Assembly: GCF_035594765.1 (NCBI RefSeq)
Contig: NW_026943821.1
Coordinates: 18,259,608 to 18,323,607, forward strand
Source of the DNA: Anolis carolinensis
Taxonomy: Eukaryota
Reading direction: 5' to 3'
Length of the DNA: 64,000 bases
Of this stretch, positions 12,201-24,132 are shown in pieces. The position numbers and the translations under genes were made by a program. How positions within the stretch are numbered: position 1 is the first letter of the stretch; each line of letters starts with the position of its first letter. The notes beneath the pieces are model-generated. The model ran no database searches. It saw only the letters and a program-made list of their open reading frames with translations, and had not been told where the DNA came from.

Positions 12201-15200
12201 ACACATTTTACTCTAGTTTTTCAATGAATATCTCATGGAGTCCCAACCAGTTCAACAGAGTTTGTGGCAGCCAGAAAAACCAAGTTGTTTCTGGAGTAGG
12301 ACAACTACTTTCAAAGTAGGAACCACACAGTTAAACAGGAAATAACACTTTCAAACTAGGAACAGAAAAAAAATCAGATTTTATTACATAGTGAAATCAG
12401 AGCCATTTTAATTTATTGGTTACATTTGGGAGTGTTCTCTAAGTGGTTTGGGGCCAAATGTGTGGCGATGTAGCAGCTTTCATGCTTGTGTCAGGGCTCG
12501 TAGGGGTTGGCCAGGAATCTAGGAAACAATGAAAACCTGGCTGCCCCCAGTTGCCCCTCTTTCTTCCAAAGAATACAACAATATTTTGTGCTTTTCTATA
12601 GATCTGTGTGCCAATGTCAGTGGAGTTTGAGGAGTTCCTCAAGGCCCGGGAGAACCCCAGTGAAGAGGCCCAGAGTACGTTTGAGGCCTGAAAGGCTTTG
12701 TAATCACCCCTTGGCTTCCCTCCCTGCCCTGATGCCCATCTCTCTTCTCAAGATAATAATATTATAATGTAATACAATATTATACTAATTTATAACATAA
12801 TATAATATTAATTATATATTATGTATTAAATGTAATATTACTAATAATATTACCATAAAATTATATAGTACAATATAGTAATTTAATTGCTTATATTGTG
12901 CTATGCTAATAATATATTGTATGTACATTTGATTTGTAAGCCACTCTGAGTCCCCTTCGGGGTGAGAAGAGCGGCATATAAATGTAGTAAATAAATAAAT
13001 GAATAAGAGAATCTGGAGTGGATGGGCTGGGGTGCAGCAAAGCCAAGGAAGTGCAGACGGAGTGGAGAGAAAGGGCACTTCCTTCATGGGCAATTTTCCA
13101 GATGCATTTCTTTGTTTTTGGCAGACCTTGTAGAGTTTACTGATGAAGAAGGATATGGCCGCTATTTGGACCTGCATGACTGTTATCTCAAGTACATTAA
13201 CTTGAAGGCCTCGGAGGTGAGATAGATGCCTGCAGTTCCCTGGATGTGGGCAGGGAGCAGGGCATTGCTTGGCTTTTATTCCTTTCTTTCTGGTCCCTAC
13301 ACTGTTCCCCACCCTGAACTAAGAGTCTAGTGCTGTATAGAAAGGCAAATAATTTCTCTCTTGTCAATAATAACAGCGACAATAATAGTAATTATAATAG
13401 TGGTAATAGCGATGAATGATCTGTTTTGCAGAAACTGGACTACATCACGTACCTGTCTACTTTTGACCAGCTCTTTGACATTCCCAAGGAGAGAAAAAAT
13501 GCAGAGTACAGAAGGTGGGTGCAATCAGGCATTTTGGGGAGTGAGAGGAAAGGAAAGGCCTGGGCCTATGGTTTATGTGGCTCCTCTGGTGCTGCCAGGA
13601 GTCTTGCTCGTCTTTCATGATGCTTTCTCTATTGCATAGGCATACAGTCAACATGCTTAGTGTTTTCCCATTACAGGTACTTAGAGATGCTCCTGGAATA
13701 CCTTCAGGATTACACAGACCGGGTGAAGCCGCTGCTAGACCAAAATGAGCTCTTTGGCAAAATCCAGGCAGAGTTTGAAAAGAAATGGGACAATGGCACA
13801 TTCCCTGGATGGCCGGTGAGCAGGGATGGGCAGAGGGGCCTTTTTGGCAACTTGGAACAGAGACCTGGGGCAGACCCTTTTCCAGGCTTGTCCCTGCTGG
13901 GCTGCCCAATTAAGGTGGTTCTGGACCAAAGTGTACTGAGGGCCTTTGGCCAGTAACCTTTGTCTCTTGTGGTCTTTTGGCAGAAAGAGACCAGCAGCGC
14001 CCTCACCCATGCGGGGGCCCACCTGGACCTCTCGGCCTTCTCTTCCTGGGAGGTGGGTTTGCGTCCTTGAGTTTTTTCTTGTCAGAGGAAGGGGCAGGGT
14101 GGTGGTGATGGACCTACAATTATCCTTTCCCTCCATCCCTTGGCTTCTACTGAGTACATGGTTGCCCTGCAGAGGAGGTGCTAAGCACCAGTCTGACTCC
14201 CACTAACTCTGAGCTTTTATGTCTCAGGAACTGGCTTCCCTCGGATTGGATCGGCTGAAGTCTGCCCTGTTGGCTTTGGGTCTGAAGTGTGGGGGGTGAG
14301 TCATGAGCCGGATTCCCATCAGCCCAGTGGAGGGTTTTGGGACAGTTTAGCTGGACTTTAAGGTACAGTCCACCCCAAAGTACAGAGACTTAACTCTGTG
14401 GTCTTGCCTTTTCTTTCCCTCCTGAGCAGTACTTTAGAGGAACGTGCCCAGAGGCTGTTCAGCACCAAGGGAAAGTCCCTAGAGGCCCTTGACTCTTCCC
14501 TCTTTGCCAAGAACCCCAAGACAAAGGGGAGCAAGCGGTGAGTAGGCTCCATGTGCCCAACTTCCCATAATGGCTGTGGTCAGCTGTTTCTGGGCTCTGG
14601 GGGGCAGCCCTGGCATCTTGCCAGAGCAGCGCATCCATCACAGCACTGTTGTCTTTGCAGAGACACAGAGCGCAACAGGGACCTGGCCTTCCTGGAAGCT
14701 CAGATCTATGAATACGTGGAGACCCTCGGGGTGAGTTTTTTTTTTCGTGTCAGGAGCGACTTGAGAAACTGCAAGTCGCTTCTGTTCTGAGAGAATTGGC
14801 CGTCTGCAAGGACGTTGCCCAGGGGACGCCCGGATGTTTTTGATGTTTTTATCATCCTTGTGGGAGGCTTCTCTCATGTCCCCGCATGGAGCTGGAGCTG
14901 ATAGAGGGAGCTCATCCGCGCTCTCCCCGGGTGGGATTTGAACCTGGAAGCTTTCAGATCAGCAACCCAACCTTCAAGTCACAAGGCCCCTCCCTTATCC
15001 TTGCCTTGAGTCTCCTCTGGGTTGAGAAAGGTGGGATATAAATATGGTAAATTCCCTTGGTGCCTAGCCTTGTTTGGGACCTCATGGCCAGGACAGGACT
15101 GCCTTGCCAATGCCCGCACCCTTTGCCCCCTTCTGCAGGAGCAGCGGCAACTGACCCATGAGAACGTCCAGCGCAAACAGGCACGGACCGGGGAGGAGCG

Positions 15201-16824
15201 GGAGGAGGAAGAGGAGGAGCAGATCAGCGAGAGTGAGAGCGAGGATGAAGAGAACGAGATCATCTACAACCCCAAGAACCTGCCCCTGGGATGGGATGGC
15301 AAGGTGAGTCCCCTGCTGGTCACTGGAGGGATTGGGGGGTGGGGATGAGTGGGCCACTTTGGGGGCAGCGCAGGGTCACTCCTTTTCTCTTTTCCTTCTT
15401 GCAGCCCATCCCCTACTGGTTGTACAAGCTCCATGGCCTGAACATCAACTACAACTGTGAGATCTGTGGAAATTACACGTACCGGGGTCCCAAGGCCTTC
15501 CAGCGGCACTTTGCAGTGAGTGTCAGGCGAGAGAGGCATTGTGGTGGGCTGGGAAGAGGCGCAAGGCGAGCCAGAAGAGTCAGGGCGGTTTGGTTTACAA
15601 GGAGGCAAACCAGTGTGGGATGGGGAAGATGTGTCTCATGAGCTGGGGTTCTTTCTGTATTGTCCTTGACAAGGAGTGTGGGCCTGGATTGTGGGCTTGG
15701 CTGCCATGCAGAAGAGAGGAATATGAGGCCACTCTTCCTTGTGCCTCTTCATCAGGCCCTCTGTGGCTACCTGGAAACAACTTGGATGGGCCCTTCCTTC
15801 CTGACCCTCTTTTTGATGCCTTTCTCTGCTCTGCAGGAGTGGCGTCATGCTCATGGGATGCGGTGCTTGGGCATCCCGAACACGGCTCACTTTGCCAATG
15901 TCACACAGATTGAGGATGCTGTCTCCCGTAAGTGCAAGTTTCCCCCTCTTCCAGCTGCTTGGGGGTCCTGGAGCAGTTGCTGCCACCACTGCCATAAGCC
16001 TGTATTCAATTGCAGCAGCTGTGAGAGATTCTCTGAGGGCAACTGCTGTGTCTCTGGTTGCTCTTGACCCCCAGGTGCCATTTGGGGGGTAGTTTGGGTC
16101 AGGCAGCTAGACAATACAGGAACCCTGATTGGGATTGGGGGGCACACAGCCCCTCTTCTGCTGGTGTTGGAGGCAGCTGTGTTTCTGTCAGGGGGCAGTG
16201 GCCCTGACCCTCTTCTTGTGTCTCTTGCAGTCTGGTCAAAGCTGAAACAGCAGAAGGCTTCAGAGCGGTGGCAGCCAGACACAGAGGTCAGTTGGGGCTG
16301 TGGGGCAGGGATGGTGATTGCGAGTTGGTGGAATGTAGGAGTGTCTGCGCTCCTGTATCCCAAAGTCCCCTGTGGTCATCACAGCTGGGAGAATCTGATG
16401 AACTCTCTGTTAATAGGGGTGCCTATCAGTCTCTTGTCATGGCATGAAGGTCCTCCGATGGGAGGAAGGATGAGGACCTGTGCCTGACAGTCTGAAGGAG
16501 TAGCTGAAGCATGGCTCTGAGGACAAGCCTTGGGGTCCCTCGGAAGCAAAGGGATGGCTATTGGGTGGCCTTTCAGGAGGCTCGCTGGGGGCATCTGATT
16601 GCTCTTGGGCTCTGTAAGTCTTGGTGTGTTCCAGTCCTGCTGCCCTATCTAGGCCTCTTGCTCACACCCTCAATGACCTCCATGCTTGGACACCCAATAG
16701 ATGTATCCTTTCTTCCTTTCTCCTCTCACTCCTTTTTTCTCCTCAGGAGGAATATGAAGATTCCAGCGGGAATGTGGTCAACAAGAAGACCTACGAAGAC
16801 CTGAAGCGCCAAGGCCTGCTGTGA
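9258..16824 (+). CDS. SF3A3: Splicing factor 3A subunit 3 (SF3a60/Prp9), 17 exons, 501 aa
   Basis: Exons 9258-9353, 9713-9760, 11567-11619, 11896-12001, 12602-12674, 13125-13216, 13432-13514, 13677-13815, 13984-14052, 14228-14295, 14430-14537, 14661-14730, 15139-15303, 15405-15515, 15837-15927, 16231-16286, 16747-16824; 1506 nt. [14 protein letters not shown]...[12 protein letters not shown]...[19 protein letters not shown]...[12 protein letters not shown]. Confidence 0.98.
9387..9588. mobile_element. Fold-back (palindromic) hAT-type MITE; other copies 20083-20276, 30943-31076, 41864-42061, 61832-62033, partial ~57414-57505
   Basis: ~100-bp arms centred on GCCGCTT|AAGCGGC, with CAGGC(A/C)TGGG-type termini. 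Confidence 0.88.
9925..10455 (+). repeat. 531-bp direct copy of 6799-7329, flanked by an 88-bp duplication (9840-9927 and 10459-10546)
   Basis: Direct comparison by eye: same length and no differences seen, including unique sequence between the two TE fragments. Confidence 0.92.
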
Positions 16825-16966
16825 AGAAGGGTGGGCAATTGAGGGCTCCTCCGCATTCTTTCCCTTTCTGCCCTGGCTTTACTGCGTCCACCTGACCTGA
16901 GCTGTCAGGCATCCAGAGAGCAGGGCGGGGTCTCAGACATTTCTTTGTATGCAACTAATTCATAGA

Positions 16967-16972
16967 AATAAA
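16967..16972 (+). terminator. SF3A3 polyadenylation signal AATAAA
   Basis: AATAAA ~140 nt downstream of the stop codon. Confidence 0.65.
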
Positions 16973-18851
16973 CAACTGTTTTAAAGGCAGAAAGTAAGTG
17001 TCTTCAGCATGATTTGTGTTTCATCAGGCAGTGGCTGGTGCAGTTCAGGACCTTTTCTGCAGGTCTGACATATGCACAGATGAGTGTGTCAGAGTTTTAT
17101 ATTATTTAGGTCATTTCTTATGTGAAAATGGATAAGTGTTTGTAAGAATCATGTCCTATCCATGTATGACCAGCAGCAATCAAGACACCTGCTAAAGACT
17201 GAGGGCTATTAATAGAGACTGAGTAAATCTTGTGAATGTGAAGATGATGCTGGTGACGATGATGGTGTTGCTGTTGGAAAGCTGTTGAAGTGGAGCTGAA
17301 GAAAGCTTGAAGATAACATTTTGTTTCGCCAGTTGAAAGCTGCTGATAAAAGCCAAGGACTGTTATGTTTGTATATAGTTTTATATAAATCTTTCTTTAC
17401 TAAAAGACAGTTTGTTTTGGGGTTTTCTCCTTGGATGAAGGGTGCAACTTCCGCAGAAGGGGTTGAGAGTTTGGAACCCCAGTTTGATAGCTGCGACAGA
17501 GTGAAACACAGGGCATTGGTGGATTGGGGGGTAGGGGAGAAAGGGAGAGACTCGCTGCCCAGAGAACCAGAGAGTATGCTCCTCCTCTGGCTCCTCACCT
17601 GCCCTCAGCTGTATCTTCTAGTTGGTGCCGCCTCTTCCTGGGCGGGAGGCATCCTCTGTGCCAGTGCTGAAGGCTGGTGTTGCTCAGGCATCCAGGGCTA
17701 CCTGCAGGTGAGAAGCAAGCCAGGTAAGTGCCCAGGGAGTCAAGGTCTTTTGAAGAACAGGCTGAGGAAATGGGGAGAGGGAGAGGGTGGTCAAGTCAGG
17801 TTGCAGTGGGAAACCTCCGTCATGAGCCATGAACAACCCAAACGGCTCAGCCCCAGCCCTCTCTGCCTCCTCCTTAGTTGGAGGGTGACTGACTTTGGAT
17901 GTGAAGATGAGCCACAAAGAACCTCCAGGTTTGAACTATTTACGAGAAGAATGTTTGGAGAAAGTGCTCCCTGTGTTTAGCCTTCACTGAATGCACCCTC
18001 CTATTCTTTACCCCCTCCCTTCCTTTCACTCAGGGGTGTGTGTATATTCTGTGCTTGTATGTATTTGAATCCAGTCCTCAGGTTTGATACTGACTTGGAG
18101 CAGTGAATGCCCTTGAAGGAGTTGCCTCTGGAAGAGTCAGTGGTTTTCTGGGCATCTCTTTTCAGCGTATGACTTGCCTTGTTTTTCCCTGTATCTCAAA
18201 ATTGGTGGCTGAAGCAGGGGAAGGGCAAATGCTGGGTGGGAGGACCCCTTACCCTCCCTCAAAGCTGCAGAGGGCTTTGTTGGTCCTGAGTTGTCAAGAG
18301 GCAGGAAGGAGGCTGATCCAGTGCTTTCCCTGAAGTCTCTGCCAAATGCGCTGTTGCTGGGCCAACACTGGAGTCCCTGAGGGAGCTGCTCTGGGCCACT
18401 AACTTGTCTCTTTCCAGGCTCCATGGCAGCCACTAGTCCCATGGGGTCTTGTGAAGGATCCAGGGATTTGTTGGCAGCCTTCCTGAACTGGTCCATCTGT
18501 CCGTCCATCTGCCTGTCTTTGCTGGAGCCTCTCTGCTCAACGTCTCCGGGGATGGGAAGCAGCAGCCGTGGCCTTGCTGTGAAAGCACTTTCGTGGCCTG
18601 AAATGCAACCTTACCTTGGCAGGCTTATAAATAACTGTCTCTGCTTGTTAGATTTTATAGCACGGCAGTAATTAGCGGCCCTGTTTTGTGCTTCCCTTTT
18701 TAATGGTTTCGTAATTTAACCGTTTTCTACAATTGAGGCAGCCATCCAAGAACAAAAACACAGATGGCCTGCTTACAAATCTTTTAAGAAGTAACGATAG
18801 TAAGCGGATGTAAGCTGTTAAGTATCCTATTAATGAGAAGATCATAAAGTA

Positions 18852-19735
18852 CCGTATATACTTGAGTATAAGCCGACCCGAATATAAGCCGAGACACTAA
18901 TTTTATCACAAAAAAACTGGGAAAACATTGACTCCAGTATAAGCTGAGATACCAATAAAATTATATCAATTGAGACATCAGTAATTGAAATGTTTTTGAA
19001 TCATTACATCAAACTGTAATTTAAGATATGACTGTTCAACTGTGATTAAATCATTATTTTCATCTTCTTCAATGTAAATGTGCTTATGTATCCTTTTAAT
19101 AATAGAGTGAAATAATAAATGTAATAATAATAAATGCAGTGAAATAATAAATGTAATAATAGAGTAAAATAATGTATTAATAAAAATAAAAATAGAGTAA
19201 AATAAATGTAAAAGTAACAAAAATAATAGAGTAAAATAATAAATGTTATAATTATAATTATGGAGCCTCCGGTGGCCTAGGGGATAAAAGCCTAGTGACT
19301 TGAAGGTTGGGTTGCTGACCTGAAGGCTACCAGGTTTGAATTCCACCCAGGAAGAGTGCAGATGAGCTCCCTCTATCAGCTCCAGCTCTATGCGGGGACA
19401 TGAGAGAAGTCTCCCACAAGGATGGTAAAACATCAAAACATCCGGGCGTCCCCTGGGCAACGTCCTTGCAGACGGCCAATTCTCTCACTCCAGAAGCAAC
19501 TCCGGTTGCTCCTGACACGAAAAAAATTATAATTATAATTAATAGAGTAAAATAATAAATGTAACAATACCAATAATGATAGAGAAAAATAATAAATATA
19601 CCATATATACTTGAGTATAAGCCGACCTGAATATAAGCCCACCAGGACCCTCACCCGAGTATAAGCCAAGGAGGTTTTTTTTTTTCAGTCCTAAGAAAGG
19701 GCTGAAAAACTAGGCTTATACTCGCGTATATACAG
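18852..19735. mobile_element. TA-flanked Tc1/mariner-type non-autonomous element with a nested SINE
   Basis: TIR CCGTATATACTTGAGTATAAGCC ... GGCTTATACTCGCGTATATACAG, TA on both sides, extra internal TIR copy at ~19601. Confidence 0.8.
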
Positions 19736-20082
19736 TAATTGCAAGAAAGCTCTGGTAAAAGCAGATTGAGCAAGCGTCTTCCAAGGAGGGTTTCCCAAAG
19801 AAGAGAGTCTTAAGCCTTCAAAGGAGAAATGCAGTTGTGCTTTGTGTGCCTTCAAAGCTTGGCCTATAACTAAGGAAGGCCCATCTGCAGGAGAGGCAGA
19901 ACAGTATATGGGGAGACACTCTGAGAAGGATGGGAGACTAACAACAGTATTGCTAGCCATCTGGCATACGATACTCGTGCATCCCGGCAAGCCAAGGGCA
20001 AGTCAAGTCTGAGACAGTGACAGATGGATTCAGCACCTTGGAAAGCTCCCTCACAGCCAAAACCTGGTGGGAGAGGCTATAA

Positions 20083-20337
20083 CAGGTATGGGCAAACTTT
20101 GGCCTTCCGGGTGTTTTGGACTTCAACTCCCACCATTCCTAACAGCCTCAGGCCCTTTTCTTTTCCCCCGCAGCCGCTTAAGCGGCTGCGGGGGAAAAGA
20201 AAAGGGCCTGAGGCTGTTAGGAATGGTGGGAGTTGAAGTCCAAAACACCCGGAAGGCCAAAGTTTACCCTTGCCTGATCTAGGGCTTGAAAATATTCCAA
20301 TTTCAGTTCCTAAAGGGCTGAAGTTTGCACATGCCTG
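20083..20337. mobile_element. Composite hAT element with 8-bp TSD GGCTATAA
   Basis: GGCTATAA at 20075-20082 and 20338-20345; left TIR at 20083, right TIR-like ends at 20276 and 20337. Confidence 0.8.
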
Positions 20338-20340
20338 GGC

Positions 20341-20346
20341 TATAAA
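20341..20346 (+). promoter_or_regulatory. Candidate TATA box of the Cys-rich GPI-protein gene
   Basis: TATAAA 53 nt upstream of ATG 20394; overlaps the right TSD of a hAT element. Confidence 0.55.
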
Positions 20347-20393
20347 GTGCTCGCTTTGTGTGTTTGCCCCCTTCCTTATAGTTCTGCTTCACG

Positions 20394-23300
20394 ATGGTGC
20401 GGCCAATGTCTTGGATCCTTCCAGCTCAAGGTAAGAGACACTGTTCTGAACATATCGGAGAGGGAGGGCAAGAAAGACCATCCCTTTGGGGTTCAGGTCT
20501 AGGCTTTCCATCCTCTTCCTTCCTTCTCCAGGCCTTCTCCTCTTGTTCTGCCTTGCGCTGCAGTCGGACTCCTGGAACCCCAATGCGTCTGCGGGTGAGG
20601 AAAGGAACGAGGTGCACGAGGGCAAGGGAAGGCCTCTTCCTTCTGCCCCCAACTCAACGCCTTCTCTTTCAGAGCCCTTCACCAACATCACCCCACTTCT
20701 CTCCAGCAGCTCTGGGTTGTCAGCAGAGCTTGTGATGCCTGTAAGGAATACTAACCCTGACCAGAGTGGGGCAGGGAGGGGGCTCTGCCAAAGGGGCAGG
20801 GCTTTGGGTCAGGGTCCAGTGGCTTGGTAGTTCAGCCACTCTTGGTCTGAGACCAGATGGAAGCCCAGCTCCTCCTGCTCTCCTTGCAGCTGACCTGCCA
20901 GGCTTTCCAGTGTTTTGGCGAGAGATGCTACCAGGAGGCGGCAGTGGTGGTCCATGGAAACAGCTCATGGGAGTCCTGCCACAATGCCTCCCACTGCGAG
21001 GTAAGGGTCTGGGCCTTTGCCTTCCTGGGTGGGGGTAGTTTTTGCAGGGGGGGGGGGTCTCCTTAGATCCCTGAGCTACATCCCTGGAGTCAGAGGTGGG
21101 CCATGAAGGGACACATACTGCTATTCACAAAACATATTCACAAAAAAAATCACAAAATAATCATGAAACCATTCACAAAACATTCACATCTATATATATA
21201 AATGAGTGATGGCATCACAGCGACCAACAAAACAACAAAACTACAGGCCCCCCAATCTCGAAATTTGACAACACAATCCATCATCCATGCCTCTAGGTTG
21301 ATACAACAAAAAGAAAAGAAAAATAAAGTCCTAATTAGAGGGAAAGGAATAATTGTTTTTATCCAATTGCTGCCAGTTAGAACTCTGCCCACATGGTCTC
21401 CTAGCAACCAACTCAGCCCAGGGGGCAGGCAGACTTAGGCCTCTCTTAGGCCTCTTCCACAGATTATCTAATTTGCACTGGATTATATGGCAGTGTAGAC
21501 TCAAGGCCCTTCCACACAGCTATATAACCCATTTATAATGGACTTAATGTCAGGGGAAAACCTTGACCCTTTACCTTAACTACCACCAATTCCTCAATAG
21601 TTTATTTCCCATACCACCATACTTCGCCACAGCAACGCGTGGCCTGGCACAGCTAGTAAAATATATACACAAAAACATTTGCAAAACATATTCACAAAAA
21701 TATTCGCATAAAATATATACACAAAAATATTCGCATAAAATATATACACAAAAGTATTCGCATAAAATATATACACAAAAATATATACACAAAAATATTC
21801 GCATAAAATATAAACACAAAAATATATACACAAAAACATTTGCAAAACATATTCACAAAAATAATCATGAACCTATTCACAAAATGATCACAAAAAAATT
21901 ATTTATTTATTTTTATTAACAGCATTTATATTCCGCCCTTCTCACCCCGAAGGGGACTCAGGGCGGATCACATTGCACACATAAAGGCAAACATTCAATG
22001 CCATGACATAGAACAGAGACAGAGACAAGATGCAGGCACCGGGCTGGCCTCGAATTCATGACCTCTTGGTCAGAGTGATTTGTTGATTTGTTGCAGCTGG
22101 CTTGCTTTCCAGCCTGCGCCACAGCCCAGTCCTTTACAAAATTATATACACAATTGTATACACAAAAATGTTCACAAAAATATTTGCATAAAATATATAC
22201 ACAAAAGATTTGGAAATAATCATGAACCTCTTCACAAATATAATCACAAAAATAACAAAATATTTGCAAAATTATATACACAAAAACATTCACAAAAACA
22301 TTTGCAAAACATATTCACAAAAATAATCATGAAACTATTCACAAAAATATTCGCATAAAATATATACACAAAAATATTTGCAAAACATACTCACAAAAAT
22401 AATCATGTACCTATTCACAAAAAATAATCACAAAAATATTCACTAAAATCACAAAATATTTACAAAATTATATACTTAAAAATATTCACAAGAATAATCA
22501 TGAAACTATTCTCAAAAATATTCGCATAAAATATATACACAAAAATATTTGCTAAACATACTCGCAAAAATAATCACGAACCTATTCACCAAAAATAATC
22601 ACAAAAATATTCACTAAAATCACAAAATATTTACACATTTATATACACAAAAATATTCACAAGAATAATCATGAAACTATTCTCAAAAATATTCGCATAA
22701 AATATATACACAAAAAGATTTGTAAAACATACTCACAAAAATAATTGCAAACCTATTCACAAAAATATTCACAAAAATATTCACAAAATATTCACAAAAT
22801 TAAATACACAAACATATTCACAAAAACAATCATGAAACTATTCACAAAAATACATAAAATATATACACAAAAATATTTGCAAAACATATTCACGAACTCA
22901 CACACAAGTGGCCCTCCTTAAAATGGTCCTCTGCTAATGCTTCTCTTCCCTGCCCCACACCAGTTGATCCGTGTGAACAGCACCAGTTACGCAGCCGGGT
23001 GCAGCAGCGAGTGTGGGAACGGCAGCGCCGCAGTGATGTGTGGGGCCAACAGCCGTGTGAGCCTGGAGCCCTGCACTATGGAGTGTTGTGGTGCCCCAAA
23101 CTGTCTACGCCTCAATGCCACGGCATACGGTACTATAGTCGCCCAATGGGCTCTCCCATTCCATGCACCTGTGGCTCCTTGCACCCATCTCCTGATGCCC
23201 CCAAGGGCACCCACATCTCTCCAAGACTTCGACCAGCCTCTTTCTCTCTCTCTTCCAGGTGACCCATCGCCCATCACCACTACTACAGTTCTCACAACCG

Positions 23301-24093
23301 CCACCACTACCGCTACCACCACCACCACTACAGCAGCCCCCCAAAATGTAGGTGTTTCTTCCCTGGTTCTACAATGGCCTCAATGGCTACCACAGTGGGA
23401 ACACTGGCATCACTGGCATTGCCACCAATGGCTCCTGTATCCCTTCCTTTGGCTTCCTAGGGCAAAGTGTGCGGCCACTTCACCTGCCATGGAGAAGGGT
23501 GCTACCTAAGCCAGAGATCCTCCACGAGCTGCCATGTCGGCTATGATTTCTGTGAGGTAATGACACATTTGCCACCGACCCATCCCTTGACCCCGGCTAG
23601 GATTGTCAGAATGGCCTGCTCCAAACGCATCCTCCCCCTTCCCTTGTGGGCCTCAGGAGGGTGAAAAGCAGGGAAGCAAAGCCCACGGACTTACGAAATT
23701 CATAAGTCAACAGGTGATTTTGAAGGTACATACACACAACTTTAATATCACACATGGCAATATTCAAAAAACACTAGGAGAACATATCGTTCTCCCAAAG
23801 CTGGCTGTCAGATGAGGCCACTCCTCAACTAAACAACTTCAGGGACAGTAAAAAAATGGAACACGAACTCAGAAACTCAGCTCTGTGGCTGGGATGATAT
23901 CAGGGAGGCTTTCTATCTCAATACATTAAATAGGATTTTATTGAATAGATTCATGGCAAAGTTGGGAACCCCCGGTAGCGCAGTGGGTTAAACCCTTGTG
24001 CCAGCAGGACTACTGACTTGAAGGTTGGGTTGCTGACCTGAAGGTTGCCAGTTCGAATCCAACCCAGGGAGAGCGTGGATGAGCTCCTTCTAT

Positions 24094-24132
<39 letters not shown>

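Noticed and set aside
17225-17320. TGATG...CTGA words suggesting a C/D snoRNA
   Set aside because: No exact C box or terminal stem, and the site is not intronic.
21563-22358. Repetitive KIYTQKYSH and YIFCV ORFs
   Set aside because: Translations of the 27-bp minisatellite.
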